Source of the DNA: Candidatus Latescibacterota bacterium
Lineage (GTDB): Bacteria; Latescibacterota; UBA2968; UBA8231
Length of the DNA stretch: 64,000 bases
Direction: 5' to 3'
NCBI GenBank assembly: GCA_965197905.1
Contig: CBDAOB010000005.1
Coordinates: forward strand, 2,496,001 to 2,560,000
A program made the position numbers and the translations under genes. The notes beneath the pieces are model-generated. The model worked only from the letters and a program-made list of their open reading frames with translations. It was not told the DNA's origin and searched no databases. Positions 42,344 through 54,309 of the stretch are shown piece by piece. Position 1 is the stretch's first letter. Each line of letters begins with the position of its first letter.

Positions 42344-42940
42344 GTGGAGACATCCGTAGCTATTCTTGCCGGCGGCCGAAGCCGGCGTATGCGGCGCGAC
42401 AAAGCGTTGCTCCGACTGGGCTGTGCCACTGTTATAGAGCGGGTGGCTTCCGCGGCCAAACCGCTGAGCGATGAACGGTTCATCGTCGCCGATGAAAGCG
42501 CGGCCTACCAGTTTCTTGGTCTGCCGGTCGTTCAGGACCTGAAGAGGTCCGCAGGACCCCTGGCTGGTTTGCAGGCCGCCCTGCATCACGCCACGAACCC
42601 CATCGTCTGTCTACTCGGCTGCGACCTTCCGTTTTTGACGACCGAGTTTCTACGTTACCTCGAGGCGCAGATGGGCGGTCACCAGGCGGTAATCCCTCGA
42701 TCGAACAGCGGTCTGCAACCTCTGTGTGCCTTCTATTCGACCTCCTGCGCAACCTTCGTCGAGAACGCCCTTTCGACCAACGACTTCCGCATGAATGCGT
42801 TCCACGCGGCGGTGGATGTGAAATTCATCGAGAATCGAGATTGGAGAGAATACGATTCCCATGGAGCGCTGTTTGCCAACATGAATAGCCCTGAGGACTA
42901 CGAGAAGGCACAGGATCTCGTGGCGAAATTTGGGATATGA
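42344..42940 (+). CDS. mobA: Molybdenum cofactor guanylyltransferase
   Basis: ILAGGRSRRM..DKA, GPLAGL, CDLPF, QPLCAFY, F.N.N.PED. Confidence 0.88.
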   Translation: METSVAILAGGRSRRMRRDKALLRLGCATVIERVASAAKPLSDERFIVADESAAYQFLGLPVVQDLKRSAGPLAGLQAALHHATNPIVCLLGCDLPFLTTEFLRYLEAQMGGHQAVIPRSNSGLQPLCAFYSTSCATFVENALSTNDFRMNAFHAAVDVKFIENRDWREYDSHGALFANMNSPEDYEKAQDLVAKFGI

Positions 42941-42965
42941 ATTCCGGCTCGAGAACCGCCGAATG

Positions 42966-43847
42966 CTACTGCATGATTGCTTGTAAACTGAGGTCGGTTA
43001 TGGTGAGCAGCAGCAGCAATGGAAGGTAGATGACCGACGCTCGCAGCAGTCGACGAGCATCCTCCACTGAGCGGGATCTGGCAAGACCAATGCCGGCAGC
43101 GAGCATACCGCATCCCAGCAGAAGGACCCCACCCAGATAAAGCGGACCCGAGTTGCCCACTAGCGCTGGCAATACCGAGACGGCAATCAGCAAAAGACAA
43201 AATCCGATCACCTGCCGGCAGGTTCGCCTCCCGTCCGCATCCAAGACCGGTAGCATCTTGAAGCCTGCCCGTCTGTAGTCCTCGCGAAAAATCCAGGCAA
43301 TGGCGTAAAAGTGTGGATGCTGCCAGGCGAACAGAATGAGGAACAGGGCGCAGGCGCCCCACCCGAGCTCACCCGTTGCGGCCGTCCATCCGCCGACTGG
43401 CGGCAACGCTCCGGGAATGGCGCCAAGGGAGGTGTTTAGCCAGGTCAGCCGTTTCATTGGGGTGTAGATCACCACGTAGAGAAAAGTCGACAGCAGGGCT
43501 AGAAACGCAGTCAACAGGTTGGTTTTTAACAAGAGAAGGAATACGCCAATCAGGACTAGACAAACGCCGAACGACAGCGCGCTGGCCGGTTTGACGAGGC
43601 CGGCGGGGATAGGGCGATTCCGGGTCCGCTCCATCTGCCGGTCGATATTGCGTTCGAGAAAATGGTTCAGCACCCCAGAGCCGCCAGCGGCGCACGCGGT
43701 GCCGAGGATCGTAAATAGAAACAGGCTCCAGGAGCTAAAACCTGGTTCGGCAGCAAGGAAACCGAGGCTCGCTGTGGCCAGCACGAGACCGGTAATTCTC
43801 GGCTTCGTCAGTTCGAGATAGGCCGAGAGCAGTTGTTTGGTTCCCAA
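42966..43847 (-). CDS. cyoE: Protoheme IX farnesyltransferase (heme O synthase)
   Basis: ELTKPRI, D..MERTRNRPIP.G, YTPMKR, GAIPGALPP, WQHPHF. Confidence 0.95.
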   Translation of the reverse strand: MGTKQLLSAYLELTKPRITGLVLATASLGFLAAEPGFSSWSLFLFTILGTACAAGGSGVLNHFLERNIDRQMERTRNRPIPAGLVKPASALSFGVCLVLIGVFLLLLKTNLLTAFLALLSTFLYVVIYTPMKRLTWLNTSLGAIPGALPPVGGWTAATGELGWGACALFLILFAWQHPHFYAIAWIFREDYRRAGFKMLPVLDADGRRTCRQVIGFCLLLIAVSVLPALVGNSGPLYLGGVLLLGCGMLAAGIGLARSRSVEDARRLLRASVIYLPLLLLLTITDLSLQAIMQ

Positions 43848-43889
43848 GTAGAATTCCCGTTGCTGGAATGCCTTATACTGGTGATGAGC

Positions 43890-44414
43890 CTATGAGTTTT
43901 TCGAAAAGGGTGCCAGCTGCTCGCCCGACTTCCGCTGAAAATGGGGGGATACGGCCTTAATAATCCTCCGGGCGGCCTCGGCTTCCATATTGGGAACTTC
44001 CTTGAGGAATTTGTTCAACGCCCTGCTCTCCACCTCGCTCCAGTTGGCCGTTGGCTGCTCCTCTGTAACTGCGTAGAAGATGTTGTCGGCCAGCCGCATC
44101 AAACTGTCCGAATCCATATGGTGACCATTGGGGGCGACAGACATTACGGGATCGGTACCCAACGCGCTCTCGCTGCGCCCCAACGCACGCAGCAGACTGC
44201 GAGCCGAGGTGGCGAGATCGAAAAGGTGGGCTTCAATAATCTCGACATCCTTCTGGTCTCGTCGGACCTCAGCCGCCTTTTCACGGACATTCCTGCTCAT
44301 GACATACAGGATCTCCGCAATCCGTAGGGCAGCCCGTTGAATCAAAAATTGATAGATGTTGAGCAAGAACAGGAGCACGATAACGCCCATCAGAACCCAG
44401 TGTGTTACCGTCAT
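43890..44414 (-). CDS. Hypothetical membrane-anchored protein
   Basis: AGGAG RBS before ATG 44414; N-terminal TM helix. Confidence 0.7.
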   Translation of the reverse strand: MTVTHWVLMGVIVLLFLLNIYQFLIQRAALRIAEILYVMSRNVREKAAEVRRDQKDVEIIEAHLFDLATSARSLLRALGRSESALGTDPVMSVAPNGHHMDSDSLMRLADNIFYAVTEEQPTANWSEVESRALNKFLKEVPNMEAEAARRIIKAVSPHFQRKSGEQLAPFSKNS

Positions 44415-44608
44415 GTGGAAACCACTCCTTTCAATCGGCGGGACCGACGGCTCCCGACGACGTTGTTTTACGATTTGAGAGCTATAACTATACAATTCAA
44501 ACGACTTATACACAAGAATAATAGATAGATAGACCAATCCGCCTCTACACTTGAGGCTTCCCGGTGCGCTCCGCCTCATTCGTAACGCCAATAATTACAG
44601 CCAGTTGA

Positions 44609-47028
<2,420 letters not shown>

Positions 47029-47074
47029 ACGCCTCTGCCGAGCAAACGGTATGCGATTTCTGCCATGTCCAGGT

Positions 47075-48514
47075 TCAATTCAATGTATCAAAACGCCACT
47101 CGTCGAGGGGGACCATCGACGCCAGGTCCACGCCACCAGAAACACCAAGACCGGATCCCTGCAGGGAACGCAGATTGATACACCCGTCGACGACCTTGAG
47201 AGCGAGACCTGCGCCGGTGTCGGCATAGACGTGCTGATGGCGTCGTCGACACTCCTTCTGCTCAGATGGGGACAAGTGGTCAAGTCCATGTACATAGTGG
47301 TGGCCGTTGCGCTCGGCGTGCTTGATGCCGAGAGCAGCGAGGTGAACGAGATCCTGGTGCAGCGGCACTACTGGAAGATTCATCAGATCCTCCCCGGTCA
47401 AGAAATAGGCGTCCCCGAAATGCTGCGCAAGAGCCTGGTTCGCTAGCGCTTTGATCAGCCCCTTACAGTTTTTGGAGGACACTCCCTGGTATCCAATTTC
47501 TACTGCTTGAACAAACGTATTGAGGTCGCCGTCCGACTCGTCGATGATCAGCGGCTTTTGCTCCGGAATCCTTGCGATGGAGCCGGCCAGGGCCGGATCG
47601 AGCGCATCGCCACGATTCAGCGGTTGCTCGATAAAGATGATGCGCTCGTAGAGCCGGTGGAGCACCGGGTCCGTCACCATCTCTTCCAGCAGCAGGATGA
47701 GGCTATCGATGTCGGAGAACTGCTCGTTACCATCCAACGAGATGTGGAACGGCTTCGAACTCGAGTCCAGCATTCGGCCGATCGAACGCAAGCGTTCGAG
47801 ATCCGCATCTCGATCTCCGCACACCTTAATCTTGAGATATGAGATGCCCTGAGTATCTACATACTCTTCCAGCGCCTGCGGAAGGCCGTCGTTCAACCGA
47901 TCGCTTTCCTCGATCTCGGCGGCAAAGATCGGATCGGCAAGCCCGACGCAGTGGCGTACGTAAAGCGTGGGTAGCGGTTTCTTGGCAATCACTTGGGACG
48001 GATCCACACCCTGCAACTGTTGGTGAAGCGACCCCAAATCTATGCCCAGCTGATTGGTAACGAGCATCTGGTGGTAAGTCATGTCGGTGACGTTTCCGAG
48101 ACCGTCGATCAATGCCCGCTCCATCAAGCTGCTTCCATGCCCGCCCGTAAGATGGTTCATCCCGCGCTCGTCTGATTGCTGTAACATGGCGTCATATCCT
48201 TCGCGCCAGATATCGAAAACCCTCCCCGGCTTCGAGGCAATCTCCGCATAGATGGAAGCCGCCTGCCGCGCACCCCAAATGAGATCCTCTACGTTCTCTT
48301 CGTAGGTTTTGCCGGGATCCTTGTCGAACCACTTCGGCGGCAGCACATCCGCGGCATAGCCGATCGCCTTCCGCCCCCCGGTTACCTCGACGTCCATGGC
48401 GACGTGGAGCATGGGCGCCGCGCGCACGGTGGCGGTGCCGTAACGGAACGGCATCCGTGTACGCACGTTCCGCATGAAGAAACTAATGTTCGTGACCGCG
48501 ATCGCTTCGGACAT
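47075..48514 (-). CDS. Enolase superfamily (mandelate racemase/MLE-like) protein
   Basis: YLKIKV, DGNEQ, IEQP and IIDES metal-ligand motifs. Confidence 0.8.
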   Translation of the reverse strand: MSEAIAVTNISFFMRNVRTRMPFRYGTATVRAAPMLHVAMDVEVTGGRKAIGYAADVLPPKWFDKDPGKTYEENVEDLIWGARQAASIYAEIASKPGRVFDIWREGYDAMLQQSDERGMNHLTGGHGSSLMERALIDGLGNVTDMTYHQMLVTNQLGIDLGSLHQQLQGVDPSQVIAKKPLPTLYVRHCVGLADPIFAAEIEESDRLNDGLPQALEEYVDTQGISYLKIKVCGDRDADLERLRSIGRMLDSSSKPFHISLDGNEQFSDIDSLILLLEEMVTDPVLHRLYERIIFIEQPLNRGDALDPALAGSIARIPEQKPLIIDESDGDLNTFVQAVEIGYQGVSSKNCKGLIKALANQALAQHFGDAYFLTGEDLMNLPVVPLHQDLVHLAALGIKHAERNGHHYVHGLDHLSPSEQKECRRRHQHVYADTGAGLALKVVDGCINLRSLQGSGLGVSGGVDLASMVPLDEWRFDTLN

Positions 48515-48528
48515 CGGATGTTGCCGGG

Positions 48529-49908
48529 TTATAGGGCGAGAACTGCTTTGGCGTGAACCAGTTGCTCGGCCACTGCCTGGGGGGCCGTACCGCCCGGAAG
48601 ATTTCTCCGATTGGGACTGTTTTCGACCTCCAAGAGGGCCATGGCGTCTTCTTCGAACGAAGAGGAAATCCGCCGAAGATCCTCGATGCTCAATTCGGTG
48701 AGATCCAACCCGGCCCCTTCGCAGTGCAGGACCAACTCGCCGACAACGCGATGCGCCTCGCGGAAGGGCGTGCCCTTGCCCACCAGATAATCCGCCAAGT
48801 CGGTTGCCAGAATGTTGCCGTCCATGCTCTCCCGCATGCGACGCGGCCGCAGCTGCATGGTCCGCCACACGCCCGAGAAGATCTGCAGACTAGACATGAC
48901 CGTATCCAGAGCGTCGAACAACGGTTCCTTGTCTTCTTGCATGTCTCGCGAGTAGGAGAGTGGAATCCCCTTCATCGTGGTCAACAGGCTAAGAAGATCG
49001 CCGTAAACCCTGCCCGTCTTGCCACGCACCAGCTCGAGGGAATCTGGATTCCTTTTTTGCGGCATCATGCTGGAGCCGGTGGAAAAGGTGTCAGCCAAAA
49101 CGACAAAACCAAACTCCGACGTGGACCAGATGATGAGGTCTTCGCAGTAGCGGCTCAGGTGCATCATTGAGATCGCAAGCGAACCGAGCAGCTCGAGCAG
49201 AAAATCCCGATCGCTCACCGCATCCAGGCTGTTGGACGTTAAGGCAGAGAACCCCAGGTCATCTGCCAATGCCTGGCGGTTGAGTGGGAAGGCACTTCCT
49301 GCCAAAGCTCCGGAGCCGAGCGGCAGAAGGTCGGCTCGTTTCCACACATCCCCGAGCCGGCCGTGGTCCCTTTCCAGCATCCAGAATAGTGCCAAGGCGT
49401 AGTGGGAAAACAGGATTGGCTGGGCTTGCTGCAAGTGGGTATAACCGGGCAGCAGAACCTCCATGTGGTCCTCCGCCGACGTTACCAGTACGGTTTGTAT
49501 CTCCCGAATCTGCGCCTGCAGCTGTTCCACTGCAGCGCGCACGAAGAGTCGTTCGTCCGTGCACACCTGGTCGTTGCGACTGCGGCCGGTGTTCAGCTTG
49601 CCACCAACCGGGCCGATTAGTTCGATCAAGCGGCCTTCGACGGCCATGTGAATGTCCTCGATTTCAGGTCCCAATTCGCCAGCAGTCGTTTTCAGCTCCT
49701 CCGCTACCTGCTCTAACCCTTTGAGTATCCGTTCCAGCTCATCGCTGTCCAGAACCCCAGCCTCGTGCAGACCCCGGGCGTATGCCATGCTGGCCTCGAC
49801 GTCCACCTCCAGAAGTCTTCGATCGAACTGGATGGAAGCGCTGAACTCCTGCATGATCTGGTCGGGCGTCGCCGAAAACCTGCCGCCCCAGGGTCGTTTA
49901 TTTGCCAT
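48529..49908 (-). CDS. argH: Argininosuccinate lyase
   Basis: WGGRF, EDIHM, TGRSRNDQV, GYTHLQ.AQP, GSSMMPQKRNPD. Confidence 0.97.
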   Translation of the reverse strand: MANKRPWGGRFSATPDQIMQEFSASIQFDRRLLEVDVEASMAYARGLHEAGVLDSDELERILKGLEQVAEELKTTAGELGPEIEDIHMAVEGRLIELIGPVGGKLNTGRSRNDQVCTDERLFVRAAVEQLQAQIREIQTVLVTSAEDHMEVLLPGYTHLQQAQPILFSHYALALFWMLERDHGRLGDVWKRADLLPLGSGALAGSAFPLNRQALADDLGFSALTSNSLDAVSDRDFLLELLGSLAISMMHLSRYCEDLIIWSTSEFGFVVLADTFSTGSSMMPQKRNPDSLELVRGKTGRVYGDLLSLLTTMKGIPLSYSRDMQEDKEPLFDALDTVMSSLQIFSGVWRTMQLRPRRMRESMDGNILATDLADYLVGKGTPFREAHRVVGELVLHCEGAGLDLTELSIEDLRRISSSFEEDAMALLEVENSPNRRNLPGGTAPQAVAEQLVHAKAVLAL

Positions 49909-49995
49909 GGTACCTAGAATGAGAAGCGTTGGGCAATCAGGGTGTCCGGCAGGCGGCTCTCACAGCGGCCGGAAGTTGGCATGAGTCCTGGTGAC

Positions 49996-51195
49996 TCAGT
50001 CCAGACCCTGCTGAAGAATCTCGGCGAAAACATCCACAACCTCGTCGAGCCGGTCCCGCTCCACGATGAGGGGAGGCAGGAAGCGCACTACGTCCGGCCC
50101 CGCTGTGGCAACGAGAATATCCCGCTGGCGGAAGGCCGCGAGGTAGTCAGCAGCAGGGCGGTCGGTCACGGCCCCCGCGATGAGCCCGCGTCCACGAATC
50201 TCTTTGATGTGATCCGGCCACCGCTCCTTGAGCTTGTTGAGCCGGCCGATCAGGTGATCCCCCTTTTCCTTCACCTCATCGACGAAGCCATCTGCTTCCA
50301 GCTTGGAAAACACCGCCAGAGCGGCACTGCAAACCACCGGGTTGGCACCGAAGGTCGCAGCGTGGTCTCCAGGTTTTATCGCATCTGCCACCTTTTGCCG
50401 CATCAGACTGACCCCGATGGGCAGACCACCGCCCAGGGCTTTGGCGAGGGTCATGATATCAGGCTCGACGCCATATTGCTGGTAAGCCCACAGGGTTCCC
50501 GTCCGGCCCAGGCCAACCTGAATCTCGTCGAACACCAACAGCATCTCCTTGTCGTCGCAGAGAGTCCGCAATCCGGTAAGAAACTCGTCAGTCGCCACGT
50601 GGATCCCGCCCTCGGCCTGGAGCGGCTCGACCAGGATGGCACAGGTGTCGTCGCTGACCAGTTTCTCCACCGAGCTCAAATCGTTGAATTCGGCGAAGTC
50701 CACCCCCGGAAGGATCGGTTGAAACCCTTCGTGATACCTGGGCTGCCCGGTGGTGGAAATAGAACCGTAGGTGCGGCCGTGGAAGGAGTTTTCCATGGCG
50801 ATAAAACGATTCTTGGCTTGCTTGAAATTCGTGTGGCCCCATTTGCGTGCAAACTTCAGCGATGCTTCCCACGCTTCCGTTCCGCTGTTGCAGAAAAAGG
50901 CGCGGTCAGCAAAGCAGCCCTCGACCAGTTTCTGCGCCAACTCGGTGGAGGGAATGGTGTGATACAGATTGGAGACATGCATCAGCTTAGAGGTTTGGGT
51001 CTCGATCGCCTTGAGCACGTCGTAGTCCCCATATCCCAACGCGTTGACCGCCAAACCGCTGACGAAATCGAGGTATCTGTTGCCGTCGGTGTCGAACAGG
51101 TAGACCCCGTTGCCCCGTTCCAAGACAAATTCGGGACGCCCATAGGTCTGCAGGATGTATTTGTTTTCCAGTGCGACGATTTCTTCGGTCCTCAT
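49996..51195 (-). CDS. argD: Acetylornithine aminotransferase
   Basis: SNLY, NSGTEA, SFHGRT, EPLQAEGG, DEIQVGLGRTG, TLAKALGGG. Confidence 0.93.
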   Translation of the reverse strand: MRTEEIVALENKYILQTYGRPEFVLERGNGVYLFDTDGNRYLDFVSGLAVNALGYGDYDVLKAIETQTSKLMHVSNLYHTIPSTELAQKLVEGCFADRAFFCNSGTEAWEASLKFARKWGHTNFKQAKNRFIAMENSFHGRTYGSISTTGQPRYHEGFQPILPGVDFAEFNDLSSVEKLVSDDTCAILVEPLQAEGGIHVATDEFLTGLRTLCDDKEMLLVFDEIQVGLGRTGTLWAYQQYGVEPDIMTLAKALGGGLPIGVSLMRQKVADAIKPGDHAATFGANPVVCSAALAVFSKLEADGFVDEVKEKGDHLIGRLNKLKERWPDHIKEIRGRGLIAGAVTDRPAADYLAAFRQRDILVATAGPDVVRFLPPLIVERDRLDEVVDVFAEILQQGLD

Positions 51196-51211
51196 TTCAT
51201 TCCTCCATCCT

Positions 51212-52099
51212 TCAGTGGACGATTTGCGTTCCGATCCCCTCATCTGTAAAGAATTCCAAAAGCATTGCATGGGGAATCCGCCCATCGATGATATGGGTTT
51301 TTCGAACCCCCCCTTTTACCGACTTGACGCCGGCGTTCACCTTGGGGATCATGCCTCCGGCGACTACACCGGTAGCGATCAGCTCGTCGACGTCGCGCAG
51401 GTGTACGGTCGACAGCAGGCTGCCTTCATCCGCGGCATCCCGCAGAATGCCCTTCACATCGGTCAGGAAAACCAGTTTCTCTGCGTGCAGGGCGGCGGCG
51501 ATCTCAGCGGCAGCCAGGTCGGCATTGACGTTGTAGCTCCGCCCCTCCGGATCGCGTCCGATGGGTGCGACGACCGGAATCGTGCCGGCCGCTAGAAGAT
51601 CGGTTAGGGGCGCCGGGTCGATGCGATCCACGTCGCCAACGAACCCTATGTCTACCGGGCCTTCCGGCGTTTCAGCCAGATGTTTCCTCACCTGCATGAT
51701 ACCCGATTCCTTGGCGGAGACTCCGACGCTCGCACCTCCTAGTCGCTCGATGGCATCGACGATGGCGGCGTTCACCTCGCCGAACAGCACATCCTCGACC
51801 ACCTTCATCGTGGGCTCATCGGTGACTCTGAGCCCGTTGATCCGGGTGCTCTCGACTCCCAGGGTCTCCAGTTTTCGCGAGATAGCTGGACCTCCACCAT
51901 GGACGACCACCGGCTTCATTCCGACGATCTCCATGAAGACCACATCCGACAGAACCGTATCGGCATCACCGGACCCGTTCATGGTGCTGCCGCCGTATTT
52001 TACCACCACGATCTTGTCGCGAAAGGTTTGAATGTACGGCAGCGCCTCCATGAGGGTCTTCGCTTTGGAGATCTGCTCCTCCAGCGACTGGACGGTCAT
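51212..52099 (-). CDS. argB: Acetylglutamate kinase
   Basis: EALPYI, VVKYGG, VHGGGP, GLRVTD, NVNAD, GGMIPK. Confidence 0.96.
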   Translation of the reverse strand: MTVQSLEEQISKAKTLMEALPYIQTFRDKIVVVKYGGSTMNGSGDADTVLSDVVFMEIVGMKPVVVHGGGPAISRKLETLGVESTRINGLRVTDEPTMKVVEDVLFGEVNAAIVDAIERLGGASVGVSAKESGIMQVRKHLAETPEGPVDIGFVGDVDRIDPAPLTDLLAAGTIPVVAPIGRDPEGRSYNVNADLAAAEIAAALHAEKLVFLTDVKGILRDAADEGSLLSTVHLRDVDELIATGVVAGGMIPKVNAGVKSVKGGVRKTHIIDGRIPHAMLLEFFTDEGIGTQIVH

Positions 52100-52569
52100 T
52101 CCGACGTTCCAGTGCTGCGAATCTGGCCGAAGCGATCGACGACCTTTTCTGCCGCCGACACGTCCAAAGACAGCAGAAAAATCGTGTTGTCTCCGGCGAT
52201 GGTTCCTATGACCTCAGGCCAGCAAATGCGATCGATGGCCTCGCAGACGCTCTGGGCGTGACCGGAGAGGCTATGGGCGACCACCATATTCTGTACCCGC
52301 TGCACACGCACTAGATAGTCCCGCAGCTCGCGCTCGAGAATGTTCTGGTCGCGTATGGTAACACCCGATTCCGGAATGGCGTAGCGGAATCCGCCCTCCG
52401 GTGTCGGCATCCGCACCACCCCCAATTCGCGCAGGTCTTTGGACAGCGTCGACTGACTTACTGTAAGTCCTTTATTGGAAAGCACTTCTGCCAGTCTATC
52501 GTGGGTTCCGATCGACTCGTCACGAAGCACTTCCCGGATGTCACTCTGACGAATCTGCTTGTTACCCAT
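52096..52569 (-). CDS. argR: Arginine repressor
   Basis: VSQSTLSKDLRELG, GTIAGDNTI. Confidence 0.93.
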   Translation of the reverse strand: MGNKQIRQSDIREVLRDESIGTHDRLAEVLSNKGLTVSQSTLSKDLRELGVVRMPTPEGGFRYAIPESGVTIRDQNILERELRDYLVRVQRVQNMVVAHSLSGHAQSVCEAIDRICWPEVIGTIAGDNTIFLLSLDVSAAEKVVDRFGQIRSTGTSE

Positions 52570-52580
52570 GGAGAGACAGC

Positions 52581-52598
52581 TTGTAATAAATATTCATT
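52581..52598 (-). promoter_or_regulatory. Putative ARG box
   Basis: Minus strand AATGAATATTTATTACAA resembles TGAATwwwwATTCA and lies 12 nt upstream of argR. Confidence 0.55.
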
Positions 52599-52640
52599 AA
52601 TTGTGGTGAAAATGGAATATACCGTCGGATCTCTACTCTG

Positions 52641-53456
52641 TCAATCCTCATCTCCGTTTGACGCCACCAGCGTCTCACCCTTGGGTGCCATGAGTTCGGT
52701 AAGTCGTTGCCGCAGCTCGGCACCCGCGAGTCCCCTGACCAACACTCCGCCGATCGCCAGAGAGATAATACGGCTCTCCTCAGAAACAATGAGGGTCACG
52801 GCGTCCGATTCCTGGGATAAGCCGAGGGCCGCCCGGTGTCGGGTGCCCAATCTCTGGTCGTCTACATCCTCGGCCAGAGGGAGGGTGCAACGAGCGGCTA
52901 CCAGCCGCTCTCCACGAATGACTACCGCCTGATCGTGCAGAGGCGATCTGGGGGTGAAAATGGTGGTGAGAAGATCGGCGGAGACCTGAGCGTTTAGCGG
53001 CACACCCGAATCGACGATGGAGCCCAGCTGAACGTCCCTCACCATGACCAGGAGTGCCCCGAACCCACGACTGGCCATCTGCTCGGCGGCGGTGGCAACC
53101 TCGTCGACCAAGTGGGAGGACTCAGTTTTGTAGAGCCAGCGAAACACGGGGCTCTGGCCGAGCACCCCGAGGAACCGGCGAAGCTCTGGCTGGAAGAGGA
53201 TCACCAGCAGGATCAACAGGATCGAGCGTACCTGCTCCAGCAGCCACACCAAGGCGTCCATCTCAAACAGGGGCGCGGCCATGGCCACGGTAATGACCAG
53301 GAATAGTCCGGCCAGCATCTGCGCGGCACGGGTCCCCCGAATGAGGCCTAACACGCGGTAGATAATGAACGCGACTATAAGAATGTCGACGATGGACGTC
53401 GCGGACACGGGCAGAAAGCCGAATAAACGGAACAGCGTCAGTTTGTCTTCAAACAC
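52641..53456 (-). CDS. cdaA: Diadenylate cyclase CdaA-like (DGA motif reads DQA)
   Basis: 3 TM helices, FQPELRR, SPLHDQA, GTRHRAALG, VSEE; follows folP. Confidence 0.9.
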   Translation of the reverse strand: MFEDKLTLFRLFGFLPVSATSIVDILIVAFIIYRVLGLIRGTRAAQMLAGLFLVITVAMAAPLFEMDALVWLLEQVRSILLILLVILFQPELRRFLGVLGQSPVFRWLYKTESSHLVDEVATAAEQMASRGFGALLVMVRDVQLGSIVDSGVPLNAQVSADLLTTIFTPRSPLHDQAVVIRGERLVAARCTLPLAEDVDDQRLGTRHRAALGLSQESDAVTLIVSEESRIISLAIGGVLVRGLAGAELRQRLTELMAPKGETLVASNGDED

Positions 53457-53460
53457 GACT

Positions 53461-54309
53461 TCATTCGCCTGGGCTAACCGCGTATTGAGTAATGGCTCGC
53501 ACCATTCGGCTCACTCGGACCGTCTCTTTTACATCGTGAACACGCAATATGCGGGCGCCCTGAAATACCGCCACGGCGGCTACGGCAAGACTGCCTTCCA
53601 GCGCCTCGGCTGCAGTAGATTCCAAGGTCTTCCAAATGAAGGATTTTCGCGAGGCGCCGATCAGAACCGGATATCCAAGTCCGACTAGATCGTGGAGCCG
53701 CTTCAGCAAGGCCAGATTTTGCGCCGGCCCTTTGCCAAATCCCAGGCCCGGATCTATAGCGATTTGAAACCTGGAAACCCCGCCATTTTCGGAGTCAGCT
53801 GCCCTCTTTTCGAGGTACCGTTTTACCTCGCTTGCCGGATCGAGCTTCAATGGAGATCTACTACCGTCATGCATTAGAATGACTGGTACGTGGCGGGCGC
53901 CCACTAGGTCCATCATTGAGGGGTCCGCCTCAAGGGCGCTGATGTCGTTGATCAAATCGGCCCCGGCATCGAGCGCCCGGCGTGCGACCGATTCCTTCGT
54001 AGTGTCAACCGAGATCGGAATGCCGGAGCGCAGTCTGACAGCCTCGATTACCGGAAGGATCCTGCGGCACTCTTCGTCACTATCTACTTCCTGAACAGAG
54101 CCGTAGAGCGCTGGCGGGCGGGTAGATTCGCCCCCAATGTCGATGATGTCGGCCCCCTCCGCCTCCATCTCCAGAGCCCGTTTCACCGCCGCATCGGGGG
54201 AGAGATAGCGGCCGCCGTCGTAGAAGGAATCGGGCGTCACATTCAAAACGGCCATAATCTGGCAGCGGTCTTGAAAGTCGAGAACTCGTCCCCGGAGTTT
54301 CCAGCTCAT
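53461..54309 (-). CDS. folP: Dihydropteroate synthase
   Basis: NVTPDSFYDGG, DIGGESTRP, DPGLGFGK, SRKS, RVHDV. Confidence 0.96.
   Translation of the reverse strand: MSWKLRGRVLDFQDRCQIMAVLNVTPDSFYDGGRYLSPDAAVKRALEMEAEGADIIDIGGESTRPPALYGSVQEVDSDEECRRILPVIEAVRLRSGIPISVDTTKESVARRALDAGADLINDISALEADPSMMDLVGARHVPVILMHDGSRSPLKLDPASEVKRYLEKRAADSENGGVSRFQIAIDPGLGFGKGPAQNLALLKRLHDLVGLGYPVLIGASRKSFIWKTLESTAAEALEGSLAVAAVAVFQGARILRVHDVKETVRVSRMVRAITQYAVSPGE

Noticed and set aside
47041..47056. Sigma54-like site upstream of the 47028 gene
   Set aside because: The -24 GG is replaced by CG and the site is too close to the start codon.
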